NCBI GenBank assembly: GCA_964035545.1
Contig: OZ037766.1
Coordinates: forward strand, 12,762,722 to 12,826,721
Length of the DNA stretch: 64,000 nt
Reading direction: 5' to 3'
DNA from: Bugula neritina
Lineage: Eukaryota > Animalia > Bryozoa
Shown: piece after piece, positions 62,601 to 64,000 of the stretch
Position numbering within the stretch: position 1 is the stretch's first letter
How the letters are laid out: each line of letters opens with the position of its first letter
Program-made: the position numbers and the translations under genes
Notes under the pieces: generated by a model
What the model saw: only the letters and a program-made list of their open reading frames with translations
What the model was told of the DNA's origin: nothing
Database searches by the model: none

Positions 62601-63902
62601 CCAAATTTGATTGTTAACGAATTTCAATTCAAAGTCTGACATCGAGTTTGTTTCTTAGCAAGCGTTCTTACAAATTTGTTTGGTTCTGTTTCTAATTGAA
62701 TATATTGCACATCTACAATTTAATACCTGTAGCCATAGTAACTTTTACTGTACTGTATAATAGTTATGATACTTTGCTTTTGTTGACAGCCATGTGATGG
62801 CTCTGTTAGTATGCATCATCAGACTTTCACTAATTGAGCCGCTCCTTTCTCAAGAAGATAGGGTGAGCTTACAAACCGCCCGTTATTCACACCGTCCAAC
62901 TCAAGATCAGAAGCATGAACTTGGTCTAGATTTGAATATTATTCATGCTTTATCCCAGTTTCAATGTGTGTTGAGGTTTGTAGTTTTTTTAAATATAATT
63001 ATATGTTTTTTTTCTCATTTGACATTTAGTAATAATATAATTGCATGAGTTTCTAATTTGTATCGAAATATCGATTAGTGTTTGAGTTGAGTTTTAAACA
63101 TGCATTGACTGCATTACAAGAGCTAAATTTAGTGAAAAAACTAATGCCATTAAGCAATAATGTGGTTTTTCTTTACTCGGGCATCACTATTCTAGTATCA
63201 TTGTATGACAATAATAATATATTATACCAAACTTTGTTCTAATTCTTATAATATTTTTACTATTGTTTTGAAGTGCAGATGTTCAATCTTTGATGGTAAA
63301 ATCCGAATGTATTTATGAATGAAGTTCTCTTTATTTCAGTGACTCTCTGGACATGCTGGGTCTGTTGGCAATAGATGTAAATATCAAAATATACGAGGTA
63401 TTTAGTGGGCGTTATATCTACAATCTCTGTATTGAGTTGTATGAGAGAATACAGCCTCTGTGCTATTGCACAGAGCTTCTGGTACGTGGCCAAGATCACA
63501 GCCATTTCTTTCAACAGTGAGTTTCTATCTTGCATACATTGACATATTTTTCTCCTACTTTGTTGTTGGAAGTGATAACTTTGTTTAGGATCAATATTTT
63601 TTGTGTTTAAAAATAATATTTAAGTCATTCACTCAATTTGATTAGTCAACTGTATGAATAAATTTGGGTTGATTAACTAAGCTTATTGTTTGAATTACTT
63701 AATAGCATGAAACTGACATTAGTTTAGAGTTTAGACTGTAGAATACATAGTACAAACTCATTTAGATATACAGTAATAGGTTATGCTCTGTATTTTTATG
63801 GCCAGGTGGTATAAAACGATAGAAGATTCCTGCAAAAGCTCATTACAAACTGTTGGGAATAGTAAAGTAGCCGCTGCTACTATTGCCAAAGCAGAAAAAC
63901 GG
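59613..63902 (+). CDS. ASTE1: Asteroid homolog (XPG/FEN-like PIN nuclease family); 3' end probably beyond the window
   Basis: Exon 59613-59975 MGIKGL..VLDGYN..YGGDY..FVFDG; exon 60463-60662 CDHEADD..WNCPLVSSDGDFFLFDL. Further exons at ~60805-61009, 61334-61475, 61690-61821, 62071-62426 and from 62790; exons after 63 kb are tentative. Confidence 0.88.
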
Positions 63903-64000
63903 GTAGGTCACGTGTCTTACGGTGTAATGTATTCGTAAAGTCTATTTAATTAATACCCTAGTCATTCTTATATTAGTCAGATAAAGTTATCGCAGGTAAC

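Noticed and set aside
1-64000. CRISPR arrays, operons, rRNA or prokaryotic defence systems
   Set aside because: The window is spliceosomal-intron eukaryotic DNA; no repeat-spacer arrays or rRNA-like sequence seen.

Overview
AT-rich, intron-containing invertebrate animal DNA; the taxon cannot be fixed from sequence alone. (1) 0.7-23.8 kb is a tandem/inverted cluster of three-coding-exon i-type (destabilase-family) lysozyme genes. It has one canonical copy with the muramidase Glu/Asp pair, seven intact paralogs and one pseudogene. In all seven paralogs the catalytic Glu is Lys, the catalytic Asp is lost, and the active-site loop is hypervariable on an invariant 12-Cys scaffold. (2) 24.5-31.9 kb is a young full-length Ty3/Gypsy LTR retrotransposon on the minus strand (305-bp LTRs, ATAT TSD, tRNA-Leu PBS). 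It has one in-frame stop in pol and a C2H2 zinc-finger/coiled-coil ORF3 in the env position. (3) 35.4-55.7 kb is a kinesin-6 KIF20 gene with two phase-compatible alternative 3' ends, predicting a short KIF20A-sized and a long KIF20B-like protein. (4) From 59.6 kb to the end is an asteroid/ASTE1 gene, preceded by an inverted decayed copy of its own exons 3-5, a LINE 3' fragment and a hAT MITE. tRNA-derived SINEs are scattered throughout. All exon boundaries were read by eye; no searches were run.
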